Below, one piece after another: positions 25,702 to 40,301 of a DNA stretch of 64,000 nt. The stretch lies in NCBI GenBank assembly GCA_022605425.2, contig JAKIMF020000013.1, positions 1-64,000 on the forward strand. The letters run 5' to 3'. A program made the position numbers and the translations under genes. How positions within the stretch are numbered: the stretch's first letter is position 1; every line of letters begins with the position of its first letter. Under the pieces are notes generated by a model. It did not search any database, had not been told where the DNA came from, and saw only the letters and a list, made by a program, of their open reading frames with translations. The DNA is from Hamiltosporidium tvaerminnensis FI-OER-3-3. Lineage: Eukaryota; Fungi; Microsporidia.

Positions 25702-26715
25702 TCATTCTAATTTTCCTTGTATTGCTTGACTTGCTATTTCAAGTAAATTTATGAGTTTTTCTTGTGCCTTTTCAATATTCTCGTCTTTGTTATTCCACAC
25801 ATCTAAAACGTTATCACTAAATGCTCGACCATAACTGTAGCTTAAATTCCATGTTCTCTTACCTTTTTGCTTGTTGATAGCATTTAAAAATTCCATTGAG
25901 TCGTTAAAATTATGACCACCGCTTAAGAAAACCACACCTGATATTCCTACGGGTACGGTGGAAATAAGCGATGTAAATGTTGATATTCCTATATCTTGGT
26001 ACGAATATACCTGCGTATTACTTCTTCCAGGTGTTACATAACCAAGTTTTATAATTATACCCGGAATATATACACCCTGTATGTTTAAATGACTAATAAG
26101 TGAACTTAGAACATTGTTTGTAACTTGTTGAGCTCTTTTGAGTGTGTATTCTCCCTCCCATAATATTTCGGGTTCTACTATTGGAACGAGCTTGTTTTCT
26201 TGACAAATTCTAGCATATCTTGCTAGTACAACGCAATTTTCCTCAATGCAATCGAATGATGGTAGAACTTCATCGACTTTAAATACTGATCTCCATTTTG
26301 CGAATTCAGCAGTTTTGAATTTGCTATTCTTGACTCTCTTTTCGAGATCCTCTAAACCAACTGAAACTTTTTCATTGTCTCTGAATTCAATCAATCCTTT
26401 ATCAAGTTTAATTCCTATTGATATGGCTTGCTCTTGTAGTATTTCAACAAATGATTTATTTTGAAGTTCACTTCTTTCATTTAACATTTCTTCATTCATA
26501 ATCACACCACCTAGATACCTGCCAAGATTTTTTGTAGACAAAATAATATCTCTAAATTTTACTCTATTTTCAAATGTGTTCGTTACATTTCGCAAAGCAA
26601 ATCTTTTCTCTAAACTTTTTGATGTTTCATCAAGCGCTAATATACCTTTTCCGTTTTCAACTATCTTGCGCGCAGTTGTTCCTAATCTCAATTTATCATC
26701 GTTGTTTAGATTCAT
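25702..26715 (-). CDS. Fructose-bisphosphate aldolase, class I
   Basis: GKGILALDET, GIKLDKG, FAKWRSV, LARYARICQ, LVPIVEPEI, Schiff-base Lys region IIKLGYVTPG, VFLSGG and SYSYGRA motifs. Confidence 0.97.
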   Translation of the reverse strand: MNLNNDDKLRLGTTARKIVENGKGILALDETSKSLEKRFALRNVTNTFENRVKFRDIILSTKNLGRYLGGVIMNEEMLNERSELQNKSFVEILQEQAISIGIKLDKGLIEFRDNEKVSVGLEDLEKRVKNSKFKTAEFAKWRSVFKVDEVLPSFDCIEENCVVLARYARICQENKLVPIVEPEILWEGEYTLKRAQQVTNNVLSSLISHLNIQGVYIPGIIIKLGYVTPGRSNTQVYSYQDIGISTFTSLISTVPVGISGVVFLSGGHNFNDSMEFLNAINKQKGKRTWNLSYSYGRAFSDNVLDVWNNKDENIEKAQEKLINLLEIASQAIQGKLE

Positions 26716-29700
26716 AGTTGAGCTATTTTTTTGTTATTTAAATTTATAACTCCTTTTACTACTTGTTTCTGATAACAGACAATCAATCAATTTCGTTTGT
26801 ACTTAATTTACAGAACCTATCAGTTCTGATTTCTTATCATACCGTTCTGTATTGGTTCAATACAAATGAAAAAAATAAATATTTGGTCTTAACCATCAAA
26901 ACTTTTTTAAATCTGTTTTGAATTTATTGATAGAAAACCTATATTAGCTTAACTTCTATGTTTTGTCCTTTAGTAAATTTTTACTCTTATTTTAATAGAT
27001 GAGCCACATGTTACGTAAACACTCTTTTATATATATTTTGTCATTAATATTCCAAACTTTTAAAAAACATATTTTGTATGTTACTGTGAATTGGTTTTTA
27101 GAATAAGAACTAAAATTTTAACAAATAAAATTGTAATTCGATCGCAGGAAATATAAGTGATGACATACATGTGATGTAAATAATAAATCATAAAATATTT
27201 CTGTAAACAAGTGCCTTTCAATTTTTTTCAATTATGTATCTATCAGATTAGCTTTAGATTTAAAAATAATAAATCATAAAATATTTCTATAGTAGATAAG
27301 ACCAAAATATTCTTTTATTGGGTTATAAAAATAAAAAAATTTTATTGCTGATTAAATTGTCGAAGATCAATGTTTTGAATATTTCAAATGTTTGATTTAT
27401 TTATACAATGTTTTTTTTTTGTGAGTAAATATTTACAGCGTAAAAAAATTTCAAATACGTAAATAATACTTATGAAAAAATTTTTAAATATTTTTGTTCC
27501 TTTTATAGGTAAAAAAATGAATGTAGGTATTAAAAAATTTTTAAATATGACGATAAAGGATGGAAATTTTATCGTGGAAACAAAAAACCATGATAAAATT
27601 CATAATTACCTCAATTTAATAATGATCTTTGATGTATTATTAGGTTTAAAAATAAAAAATACAATTTTGTAATAACTTAAAAGCTCTATCCTTGACCATA
27701 ATCCAACATGAATGTATTTACGAATATTTATCTATTTTTCTCGCATGAAATTGTTAATCATCATTTTTAGTTTGTAAGGAAAAAAACCAATGTATAGTTC
27801 TATACTGTCAACTATGTAAATTTCAATGAAGAACTATGCTGGTTCCTTGTATTGCCACAAATATGCTATAAATAAACAACTTTAAAGAGTCGAAAAATTT
27901 TTATGCACAAATTTATAGGTTATAGTAGTTTTTTTCTCAATATGCCGAAAACATAGCATTCGATGAGATTGAATAAATTGAATTAAACAGTGAAAAGAAT
28001 ATTAAAAATTGAGTTATCCTCTGGAAAGTAGTTAGTGATAAAAAGTTCATCAAATAAACGTAATACAAAACATTGGCTTAATTAGAGAATTTACCGACAA
28101 TTTAAGTTAACTATAAATACAAACGACATTCTCAACTGATTTAAGACTATAATATTTCTATAGTTTGGGAATCGAATCTTGAGATACATATTCTTAAGTA
28201 TATTGGCATCATATGATTAACATGTATCATGCATAGCGGTATAATTTGGTTGTAAGATTAAAAAGATTATAAAAATTAAATTTGTTTAAAGTTAAAGTAA
28301 AATTCAAATTGACCCTGGATCTTATGATAGATTGATGAACAATTGGAAGTCTCTTTCGTAAAAATCTTAAATAAAATTTGATTGGTTTAATTCCCAAATA
28401 AAAAAAGAAATTATACATCAAAAGTTATTCTATAATATATATTATCTGAAAATATACCAAAGAAGGCTAATAAGTAAATAAAGATGTAAACCCCATAAAA
28501 TACCAACTTTAAAGTGTTTTTAGAGAAATTTTACAGTTGGCATTCTGAGATTCTTGGTTAAAAATATGACTACCTTTAGTGAATTATATCTTATACATAC
28601 TGTTAAAAAATGTTAAGAAACTGTTCGCTCAGTAATGTTATGAAATCAATATAAATTTTATATATATCTAGTAGGTTCTGTCATAACAAGAGTTTATAGA
28701 ATCATTAATGACCCGACTTAGAAACAAAGCTCAGTAATTTATTCGTTTAATATTTTTTTTATCTTAATGTTATACAACATCTTGCTTCATAAAAATATAA
28801 CAAAGTATATTCTTGTAGATAAGTTAAAGATAAATTTTTAAATGTATCAGATTAAAACATTATAATCTTATTTGAATTCGTTGACTATACTTTATAGAAT
28901 ATTTTTCGGGGATAAATTTCAATCCTTTTAGACAATACCTAAGAAAAATCGCTTATACAAGATAACCCGAAGGTCAATCCAATTTGCAGGATTTCAAAGG
29001 TTTTTCTAATGAAAGTACGAATATAATATATAGGATAACTACAAAGCGGTCTGAAATTCCTTATAAAATACTAAAGCGTGGATAAATATGCGTATTTTTA
29101 TATACATCGAATTGACGCCTTCGTGATATAATATGTATGATTTATTAAATGAAATCTATAAAAATATTTAACTATTTTTGTTGGTTAAAAACATTAAGAA
29201 TTAAATTATAAAAAAGATTCGTAGAAGCTTTATATTTTCTTTTATTTATTATAAACAGTTTCTTGTATTAAGTGGGTAATGAAAATATACGCCTTGGTAG
29301 CTAACATGAATTGAGATTTATAAAATATATATTATATCAAACTTTTAAGATTTTTATAAGAAATGGTTGATTTTATAATCGAATAGACAAAGTATTTACC
29401 GTTTTTCGGCTATGGAGTAAAAATATATAAGATGGTTCATTTATAAATTATTTTAGCTGAAAATAACGTTATAAATTCTTATAGAACTTTTCTCCTTGAA
29501 AATACTTGAATATTAAAATAAAAGAAACAAAGCGTGTGTTTAAAATTTTAAAAATATAAACAAAAACTTTTGTTTTTATTCTAATTTTAATTTAGAAAAT
29601 CATGGACATTTTTTTCTTCGAGATTCTACAAGTAAAATATCAACTTTAATTCATATAGAAATATTTCCGCTCGTTTTCATCAATTTTCCATATTTGAAAA

Positions 29701-30973
29701 TTGAAGAAACATATGATAATAATAAATAATTTATGTGGTTTACTTATAATTAGGAAAAATAAATGTTTTGCTGACGTAAGATTCATTTTTCAAATTGATA
29801 CATTAAAATTATACACATTTTTCTGAAACGCTTGTTTTGCCTTCAAACAATTCATAAAATCTATTGTATATATTTAAAAAAAAGTTTAAAAAGCACATAA
29901 GGCTTAATATCGAAGTATAAAAGAGTTTTTAAACTATAAAGTGTTAGAAAATGTTTCTTCATGAAAAGAAATTTGAGAAAATATAATATACAAGTTTATT
30001 TAGCGAAATGAAGGTTGCTAAGAGACTTATGCTACAAAAAAAGATGCATTTTATGCTATAACTAGGTGAAGTGGCTTATAAATGGTACATAAAAGTACAA
30101 GAATGGTTTTTTTACATTAATGTAAAATTTAATGTATTTTATAAATACAAATAAAATGTTTTCGTATTGAAGGTTGCAAAAAAATTAAAATTTTGAGTTT
30201 TAACAACAGATGTACGTATATAGCTTCATCAGACTCTATATTCAGTGTATCTCAGATCAAAATCTATTTTCTATGAATATAAATTTAAATCTAATACAAA
30301 TAAGGTTTGTTTTTTTTCTAGTTATTCTTAAAAAACATGCTAAAAAATGGAATAGCATAGCAAAATCAATTCCTTTTTTAGTTTCAAAACTGATCTAAAA
30401 AATTTATAAGAACTATTTAAAATTAAATCCATTGATGTTTAAATTAATCCAAATTTTTATTCTACGGTATACTAAAATTAAGAAATATTTGGTATCTTTG
30501 CCTTCGATTACACACATATTTTAATATAAAATTTAAATATTTTTTTGTTACAACAGAGGTGTAGTATTTTTTCATATAGCAATATGATCTACTATATAGA
30601 AGTATAAGAAAAAAGTAATATAGCATTTTATATCTATGTGAAGTAAAAAAATACCTTCAAACCTTTTTTTATCATGATTAAAAAACCCTTATCAAGACAT
30701 ATTTTGAATTTAATTAAAAAACTTTAAAAAGACGTTATGTAAAATCCCGAGCCTAGTAAAAACTTATGCTGACATAATAAAGGTACATCAATAGTATAAA
30801 AATCATAAAAAGGAACGGAAAAAAAATCTTAACCAATTTGTTGATATAAAATTTCGATTCGAGTCATATTTCAATATACAAAGTAATCCAACATGAAAAA
30901 CCGAATAAAAAAGGAATTAAATTGAAAAAAGGGACCTAAAATACGAAACTGAAATTTAATTTTTTTTTGAACG

Positions 30974-33397
30974 TTATATAATTGAAATTCTCAATTTAGG
31001 GCATTTTAAACGTCCATAATTTATAAAAAAATCGGAAAATTCTTCGGAATCAGATGAAATGATAATAAAAATGAGATTTACAAAAGCTTCGATTGTCTCC
31101 ATATCCGATCTAATCAGCTTGTTTCGAGTCAAATTCATTCTTTTAAGTGATACCAATAGATTATTACAGCATAAACTTTCAATAAATCCCGCTTCTAGAT
31201 TACATTCCGATAAATTTAAGCTTTCTAACCTATTGAAGTGACCTATAGAAGCAAGGCATTCCTTGTTTAGATTATTTTTAGATAAATTGATAGCAATTAA
31301 ATGACTTTTGAATTTACAAGGTTCAAAATCAAACCCTTTTATATCAAGCCGGGGCATATTAGAAAGATTCAAATATTCAAGCCTTTCAAATTTATATAGA
31401 TTTGTTAATGTTTCCGAGTTCAATACATTCCCAGATATGCTTAATATCCATGTGCTTGTATGTAAAGAATTCTGACTCAGTATTCGGTTCAAATGCTTAT
31501 AACCATAAAGCGTTTCTAAAAAAAGCATTTCGCATTTTAAATTAGTTGAAAAAAAATCTACAAATTTATTGGCTAATAAACAACCAGAAAGATCTAATAA
31601 ACGAAATGATTTATTCCAATTTGCACAATTTCCAAAAAATTTCACTGCTGTAAAATTGATTCCCTTCATGCTCAAGACATCTAAATGATTATTAATAATT
31701 ATAGAATCCATAATCTTGTAATTTAAAAGTGAATTTTCCACTATAAACTCTTTCGTTAATTTTATTTTTTCAAGGTTCAATTGACCACAATTACCCTTAT
31801 ATTTACAATAAGAAAGATCCAGAATTTCTAGATTTTTAAGTCTTAAATTATTAAAAAAGCCGTTTTGAATATTAAAATTAATAATCCTCAGAACTTTTAA
31901 GTTTTGAAAATTGCTGGATAGTCTAAGAAAGAAATTATTGGAATCAATAAATTCACATTTCACCAAAATTAGTGATTCTAAATTAATTAATTCATATAAA
32001 AAAGAAATATCTAAAACGGAAAGAAATATTCTTTCAAATTCTATTGATTTTATTTCGTTTTTTCGTAAAGATTTAGGGGTACAAAAAACCGAACAAAAGC
32101 TTGCCTTCATTTCATAGATATCTGAATTATCGTTCGCAAATTCGAACTTTATATCTAGATTTCTGGATTCAACGAAATAATTATTATCGCTGGAGATCTT
32201 AATTCCGTCAATTTTATAGGAATTGACTAACCGGAACAATAATTTTTTTTTGTCTTTAATATTATCTTCTTCTATAAGACTAAGAGCTGTTGGCGTGATT
32301 CGAATTGCTATTTCTTTAGTAGAATTTATTCCAACTAAATCGCATTTATTATTCGTTCTCTTCACCATAAAAAGCAATTCTTTTGTGTTTGAATTAAAAA
32401 ACAAATTAGTTGAATCATAAAGTACAATTAGAAACGGAAAAAAATATTTTCTGTATTTTATAAACACCTCATTTGTCATATTAAAAACATTCGAACCTGA
32501 TATATCTGTCATATATGAAAATAGAAATGGAAGTAAATTCTTGTACAATCTGACTAAAGCATCGGATTCCGCGTAACAAGAAAGATCATAAAGAGTCCAG
32601 ACTAAATCTAAGAATCTCTTGTTTCTCAAACTTGGAAAATCTGTATTCCAGCCATAACATAAAATATGTAAAGTTTCTTTAAATATTTAAATATCAATAT
32701 TACTTTTTGTTATAGCTTTAATATTAAGACAAATTTCATTAAGCTCAGGCTTATTAAACCTATCAAAATATCTGGATTTTATCTGATAATTATCTGAATA
32801 ATCAAAAGTTAGTGTGTTTAAGGGGTGTTGGATCAAATTGTTTTTATCGCATCGAGCCATTCCGTCCACAAATAATCCTTCTTTTCTAATATTAAACAGA
32901 TTTGTATTGATTGTTTTATCTTCATTAGTACTACTATCACGATATGATGGCATTGAGGTTTTATCCATTCGAATACTCTCTTTATTGTATTCAGATTCTG
33001 CACAGCTATCTATTCTGGGTCTTTTATTGTATGTATTATACGGATATTCTGTTCTTTCTTCATTGGTATGTTTCAAAATTGGATCAAAACTTATTTGATT
33101 CTGGTAAGAAACACTATCTAATTCCGAAACTTGGGAAGTAATCGTATGGGAATTACTTGCGATGTGCGATTCACCTTGATCTGGTACGACATCTTTTAAA
33201 CAACTTTCATTTGTAAAATTAATTGTAATACGAACGCAAATATATGTTCTAATAAATCCTGTAAATAAAATGTAAGCCAAAAATGTGCTTAATCTTGTAG
33301 TAGATAGTAAAGAATTATACATTCTAGATATTTTCGCATGGATTTTTTTTGTTTTTAAAAGAACTTCGGACAAACATGATACCTCTTTCCAATACAT
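30974..33397 (-). pseudogene. LRR-family paralogue interrupted by one in-frame TAA (32687-32689) and truncated at the 3' end
   Basis: ORFs 32687..33397 and 30974..32629 are in the same frame. Reading through gives SNIDI*IFKETLHILCYGWN, matching SNIDIIMCRECLNILCYGWN in 60679..63342. The ORF ends ~75 codons earlier than its paralogues. Confidence 0.85.
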
Positions 33398-36300
33398 TTA
33401 CGAATATTTCGCTTTTCTTTGTATTTTATAAATTTTCGATGATTAAATACTTTTTAAATTAAATTTTACATAATTTTTTTTCTTGATTAATATTTAATTT
33501 GATTAAATATATATATTAAGTTTTTGTTCGTTGTTGAACGTTCTATCAGCTGATATTTTCCCAAATATTTCTGACAATTTTTATTTAATTTTTGGAAATC
33601 AATTAATATCGGAATAATATTACAAACCTGGGATATTATTTCGTGAAAATTTAACTAACGACATAACTGTAAGCTTCTTTAGATATTCTTTCAAAATCTT
33701 TATTATCGAAAAAAACTTTTCAGATATATTCTTCTGCAATTAAATAAGCTTATTGTAGAAATGGCAGCAATAGCGACGTTTGAAATGAAGTAAAATAAGA
33801 TGATTAAAAGATTATTAAACGACTTTATAGAACAGTATGGAAGTCGAAATAAGAACATTTGATTAATTCACCATAAAAAAATATATCAGTTACTTTGAAA
33901 TGATTTGAGAATCTGATTTTGAAAATCTAAGTAGAATCAAAAAAATAGCTGAATAATATAAAATACAATGGAAACAATGCTATATGCTTCTTTTTTAAAT
34001 AATAGTGGTATTTTTAAATTTTTGAACAATAAGACAGTCAATATGTGGAAACGCAGATTTTAAATACTTCTATTCAGGTTAAAAAATTTTGGTAAAATAT
34101 AAGGAAGAACAAAAACTTTAAACCAGCAACGAAATAATTTGGGATCAGTGATATAGACATTACGTCTATTATACGCATCAAGCTCCGCATAAAAAATTTA
34201 ACACACAAGTTATTTTTTAACCGACTTAGTGTCTGGCACATTCGCATAATTATAAAGAAATCTAAAATACATTTTAAATGATTGAAAAGGTAATTTAAGT
34301 CTAAAAATTTTAATTGGTATTCACTTAAAAATTTCTTAACTTTTTTATAAGATTTTAAAATAATATAAATGAGAAATTTAAAATTGACTTATTATAATGT
34401 TTACTATTTAGAATATAGCTTAAAGGTTCTAATCATTTCTTATTAAGGTAATACCGAAATTGTTTGCTTTTTTGTTTATTTTACAACTTTTGAATTTTAT
34501 GTAAACCTTCCTAGAAGTAAAAAATTTTGTAAATATATAATTTTATATCCTTTTTTTAGTTACTGTAGTTATATTTCAAGTTAAATAGAGTTCATTTAAT
34601 ACTGGTTGATTTTTAGCTCTCTGATGAATATAAGTAAAGAAATGTTTTGTTTAGCATTTTCACATTTTCTAAAATATCGATAAGAAATATTATCCATTGC
34701 TTTTTTGTTTCATCATGACTCAGATGATTTTTTTAGACAAATTATTACTATTTTTATGTGTTAATTGATTGGGTATATGGCCGTATTCCCAATAGTATAA
34801 ATCTTAATAAGATTTAACATGTGGCATTATTTGAAGTTACAAATAATTTACAGTCTGAACAAATACTTTAACTCAATATCTATCAATAAGACCTAAGTTA
34901 TTTTAAGAATTTTGTCGCACTCATTTTTTTAATGTCCAATGTTCAGATGAAATTTATGGGTAAAATGTGTTTCGAAAAGGTATATATAATTTTATTTTCT
35001 AATGTATATTTCTTAACAATTTTTTCTCAGTTCAAGCTTGTGGTTTATAGAATGTCTCTTGATATATTTGTGGGATTTTTTTGAATTTACCTTTTAAAAG
35101 GAGCCTGAACTATATTTAATTCTATACACAATTGCGTGTTCGTTTAATCTTTAGTGCGGAAAACTATATATATACAAATTTCGTGTTTTTTGGACTAATT
35201 ATAAGAATTTAACATCGAAAAGCAATGTTTTCATAAAGTTTCTAGACAGTTAATAATGTTTAGACTTTTTTAGTAATACTAGAATACATTTTTGTCTAAA
35301 ACTAAAACCTGAAATCTAAAATCAAACGCTTTAGATACCATACCGCTAAAATCGCGCCTAAAATTAAATCATTTATGAATTTATATAATTATATTTAATT
35401 CTCTATTTCTGCTTTCTATTCTATAATTTTTTTAATAAACTCTTTTATTAGTAGAACCCACGGTATTACTCGTCTTTAAATCATAATTCGGATTTTCTGG
35501 TTATATAATTTCTCAATTTATTCTTAATAAATACAAAAACGGCAGTGGTACATATTTCACAACTAAACAAAACCATGAGGTTTTTTTCGATAAAAATTAA
35601 GGCAAATTGAATTATATTCTAAAAATGACCAGAAGTTTGGTTTTATTAATACATTGCGAGAAATGCCAAATATAACTGCAAAAAAATATATCATTTTGAA
35701 GTAATTACGCAATATCTTAGTTTTTTAATAAATCAAACGGCATAATTTCAGAATGAAATTTCAACTATTAATAGCATTGAAAATTTTTTAACTGATACTA
35801 AAAATATTTATGTTTTTAATACAATAGTATCGAATGAATAATTTTTCTAGATTATTCTTATATTTTTGTAGGTATTTGAGCTTTCTAAAGAAATATCGCA
35901 ACTTAAAAACGTATAGTTGTTGTTATTTTATTTTTAATATCTACGTTATTAAATATATAAATGATTTCCTTAATTCGGAATAGCAACTTACGCTCTTGTT
36001 CTGTTATTTCAAGCTTAATATCATTTTAAACAAGAAACCGGTATTTTAAAAACTTTTTTGTACAAATGATGTACATTGATCATGTTTTCGGAAGTCGGTA
36101 ATTGAACAGTTTGATGCACATCTCAAATTTTCTCTTGGAATGCTTTTTTCTGTCTAGATTCAATTATCTTTTAAATACTTAAAGTTTTTGCTTATTTCGT
36201 TGTTTCCGATATTGTAGGTAACACTGTTTGCTGAGTGTAATCAGAATTAGGCTAAAAAAATATTAATTATCAAACTAGTATTTTAAGAGCCGTTCTTAAA

Positions 36301-36579
36301 TTTTAAAAGGCTCAATTGCGTTTTTTCTGGCTATTCTCAGACACAGATTTCTGACTTATACCTTCTTAAGCGCCTAATTTGTCGCTTCTTCTACTACTGC
36401 TCTCGATTTTCTTTCGTGTTATAGGTTTGATTTTTGCTATAATTTGAACGACTTTTACCACATACTTGCGTATAACAGGTTAAAATCTAAGAGCGGAAAG
36501 ATCCTCATTGCGATCAACTAAGCTATCTCTTTTTTCAATTGTTTCTTAAAAAAATAATTTTAACATATCAGATAATGAA

Positions 36580-36800
36580 GGAATGTATAACCACATTAAC
36601 AATCATCTCTTAGCAATGTGTATCCTGAACAGATTGAAAATCATTGTTGAGATTTAGGTGGGATAAAAACCAAGCTGAATCTATAGACTAATCCCTCATA
36701 ATCCCAAGTTATATCAATTAAAAGAAACAAATTGGGAATTTTCATTTTTCATCCGCGACATCGAGAGGTTAAAGAGGGCAGGAATAAGATGGTAAATAAG
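36580..36800. repeat. Dispersed family, partial copy (orientation opposite to copies 1 and 2)
   Basis: gaaaatcattgttgagatttaggtgggataaaaaccaag matches the reverse complement of ~21268-21306. aattttcatttttcatccgcgacatcgagaggttaaagag matches the reverse complement of ~54175-54215. Confidence 0.65.
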
Positions 36801-38421
36801 TCAGTAATACATAGAAAAATATTTGGAAATATGTTTAAGGTTTATGCATAAAATATTACAAATACCGTAATTTCATGTACACTGTAAATTGGACAATAAG
36901 TCAAGATATTTTAAACGATCATAAACAATAAAAATTAAACAGAAATGCATGTATGTAAGGATAGTTAAAACCCAGAACATCTAAAGCAATATTTATCTGC
37001 TAAGCAATATTTATAAAAAATCCTCTTTTTTTTCGAGCATTGATATACAGAAATTAAAACTGTCATACTAAAAATCGGCTATAAATCATATAATTTCAAT
37101 TTATAACTTCTATTTGCGAAATATTTGTTTCATTTCATATCATAAATTCAAATATTATGCCATTAACATTTTTTTTTCTAAAAAATTATATTCATATATA
37201 TTGTGTTAAATGATAGCTACCTCGCGCATGATCATAATATCCCCAAAGGCTTTTATAACAAAAATAATGGTTTTTTTCATATAATCGGTAAGAAAACCTT
37301 GTTTCCATATGAAATAAAATTAAACTATAACATGATTAGGGGGTTTAAAAAAAATAGGCTATGATTTTTAAGATAATTTTTTAGAAATTATCTTTTTAAA
37401 GTTGAAACAATAGCAGATGAATCGTAGATTAGCTATGTTTTGTAATTTTTTTTGAGACGTTTTATTTAAAAATTCTACACGCAGAAATCTTTAGTTTATA
37501 AAAGGATAAGATTTTTGATTCCGAAAATTTGACTCGGCTTATATCTCGATCCCCCCCATAAAAAAACCATATTTTCTATGCTACACATTGCATATCACTT
37601 AAGATATAAATTATGCAGCTTTTTAATAATCGAAATCTTAGCAATATATCCATAAAGTAATTATTTACAAATATTTTCGGTAAGGAATAACTCGGGCAGT
37701 AAATCCCTATTATGTATTGATATGAAAACGTTATATTCTCATAATACTTTTTTTTCTGATTTAATCACTATGATTACTTTCGTTTGAAAAGTGTAGTTTT
37801 CATGAGAGGCATGTACTATTTCATGTCGAAAGAGGCCTGATTCGATGAATAATGTTAAGATTTCACATAATTTTTATTTGTCAACTACAAACAACCTTTT
37901 AATGAGTTAGTCAGAGAATATATTTTCAAGGCAACGTTGAGACGTGAATGATTTTTAACATTAAGCCTCATAATGCTGGTTTTAATTTTTAGAACAGATC
38001 ACAAATCTTGTTTATACTGCTAAGAACATCTTAAGTTATTTTTTTAGGTTAAAATTTAAGAATTGTAGTGTATTTTAAGCACTAAGGAGAAGTTCCCTTT
38101 ATGAATTTATAAAATACAATAGGTTTTCTGTTTTGTTATGGTAAATTGTAGGATTCTCATTTGGTAGTTTGAGGAAAATATTTAAAACTTTAAGATACTA
38201 AGCCAAAAAACGAATTTAGTTGTGCCTGTTAGCTTTGACAAGTTGAAAAATTTTTTGTCTTACAAAAGAGAATAAAAATACAATGGGGAATGTGCAAATA
38301 TAAATATATGAAAGTACATTTATTTACTAATTCGAATTTTTTCTTAGTTTTTTATATGTAATATATTCAGTAAATATCACATATATTTATCCGCACCGCA
38401 TATGTATATTGATTTTAAGAT

Positions 38422-38917
38422 ATTAACGCAGTTCATGGTTTAAAATAGATCGCTAAACACAATCAATCAATCCATAGGCCTTTTTTACAAACCAAAATCT
38501 AAATGAATTTGCTCAAAAAATATATATATTTTTAATAGGAGAGTAAATTGCTAGAATTTCGGTAATTTCCGTTGTTTAAGAAAAGATTTTGGTTTGAAAC
38601 TCATCCAATTTCCATCGATAACAGCATCTTTCTCAATTAACTTAGAATTTCGAACAACATATAAGTGCGGCCTAGATATATCTCAAAAAATTGCCCGAAA
38701 TCGCGTTAGATGCGTAATATTCTACTACCGGTATAACCCTTAGATTAGATTCTTGTCATATTAAAGGGTTTTTATATCTTATGACGCCAATTTTTCAACA
38801 TGTGTGAGCAAAACTAGATTCTATGCTTTTACATAGCAATTCATAGAAGTTCGATCTTTACATTATTTGTTAGGAGGAAAACTATAAAGCAACTTTACAG
38901 AAAAATTTTTGCAAATT
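38422..38917. repeat. Dispersed family, divergent partial copy
   Basis: attaacgcagttc, ggagagtaaattg, gagcaaaactagattctatgctttt and aactttacagaaaaatttttgcaaa occur in the same order as in copies 1 and 2. Confidence 0.65.
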
Positions 38918-40301
38918 TATAGACCTTCTTCTTAAATAGCTATTCCATTCATCTTTCCCTCTCGGTTTCGATAATGAACAAATGAAAGCTAACATTTCTG
39001 TCGATGCACAATGTCTTATTATTTCCGAGTTTATTTCCCAATTAAGAAAAATCTGTTTTCTAAAGCAAATCTTCTGGATACCCACAGTTCTTCTGTTTTA
39101 GCCAATTCACCTTTCTTTAGAGTTCAGTAGTCATGATCTGGTTCTTAGCAAGGTGAACGTGTATGAGACTGTCTTTTATTTTTTTAGATCTGTTGTAATT
39201 CTGGAATATAGAGGATTGGCCGAAATATTCGGTTTTGTTTACATCCTACCAAAATGTAAACATTGACTTTCACAATAAGCATGAGGACGAATCGCCGAGC
39301 AGTTAGTTTAAATGTAGTTATCAGCTCTCTTTCCACCTTCTTTTTTTTTCTAAAAATTGATATAAAACAAATGAAAATATAACTTGTTTTAGAGTCTCAA
39401 AAATTTTTAAATGAGTTATTTAGACTTATTTAGCCAAATAATTGCCAAGCAGATAGTTTAATTGTGGTTATCAGTTCTGAAATATGTAGCTTTTATTTTA
39501 AATTAATTTAAACTACAATTTATAACACATCATCTCCAAGGTTATCTTATTCACCCATCTTAACCACATCCTTCTCTTCATTTAAACCCGGAATTTCATT
39601 TACTTCTATTGTCTCCACGTGCCGCGGTTACATTATTTAATTTATACAGAAAAAAGAATCCTATATTACTTTTTTAAACATTCTCATCTTCGTTATTAAC
39701 TTTCTCGATGAAGGGTTTAGTTTTTTTGCCACTAATCTCTTTCATTAATACTTAATGCCGCTCTCTCGGCTTTTTCGGTGTTCATTTCACACTTAGGTCC
39801 TTTTCGGCTATCAAAAGAAATTGTTTTTACTGTCTTTATTTAGTATTATCAAAAAATATGTGTCTCGTCATTCATGGGTATATAGACTTCTAAGATACAT
39901 TTTATGTTATTTTGTGGCAATACTGTCGCCTTTTATCACAAAGGGTGCAATATTTACATTTCAATTATAAATTATAACTAGTTCATTTGCTAATAGATCA
40001 TGTTAACTACTCTTCATAATTTCGATTTGAAGGTAATATAGAGAATTAATTCCTAGTTAAACCAGAGTTTTTATTTAGCTTCTTGTCCAGGAAGAATAAA
40101 TCTGATTTGTTATACCGAATTTCATGATCGATTTTTCTTCTCATGTCTGCATATTTCCGCATTTTAATTTGAAAAATTAAAGAATGACACTTTTTGATTG
40201 GCACTCAATCAAGTAAATACGGGTTTTTTTGACATTTTTAATTAATCTGTTTTAATATATAAAATTTTTATAGCAAAAATTTTAAAATCAAGCCTAATTA
40301 A

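Noticed and set aside
27178-27288. 25-bp direct repeat aaataataaatcataaaatatttct as the TSD of an insertion
   Set aside because: The enclosed ~61 bp is AT-rich and featureless, so a local duplication is more likely.
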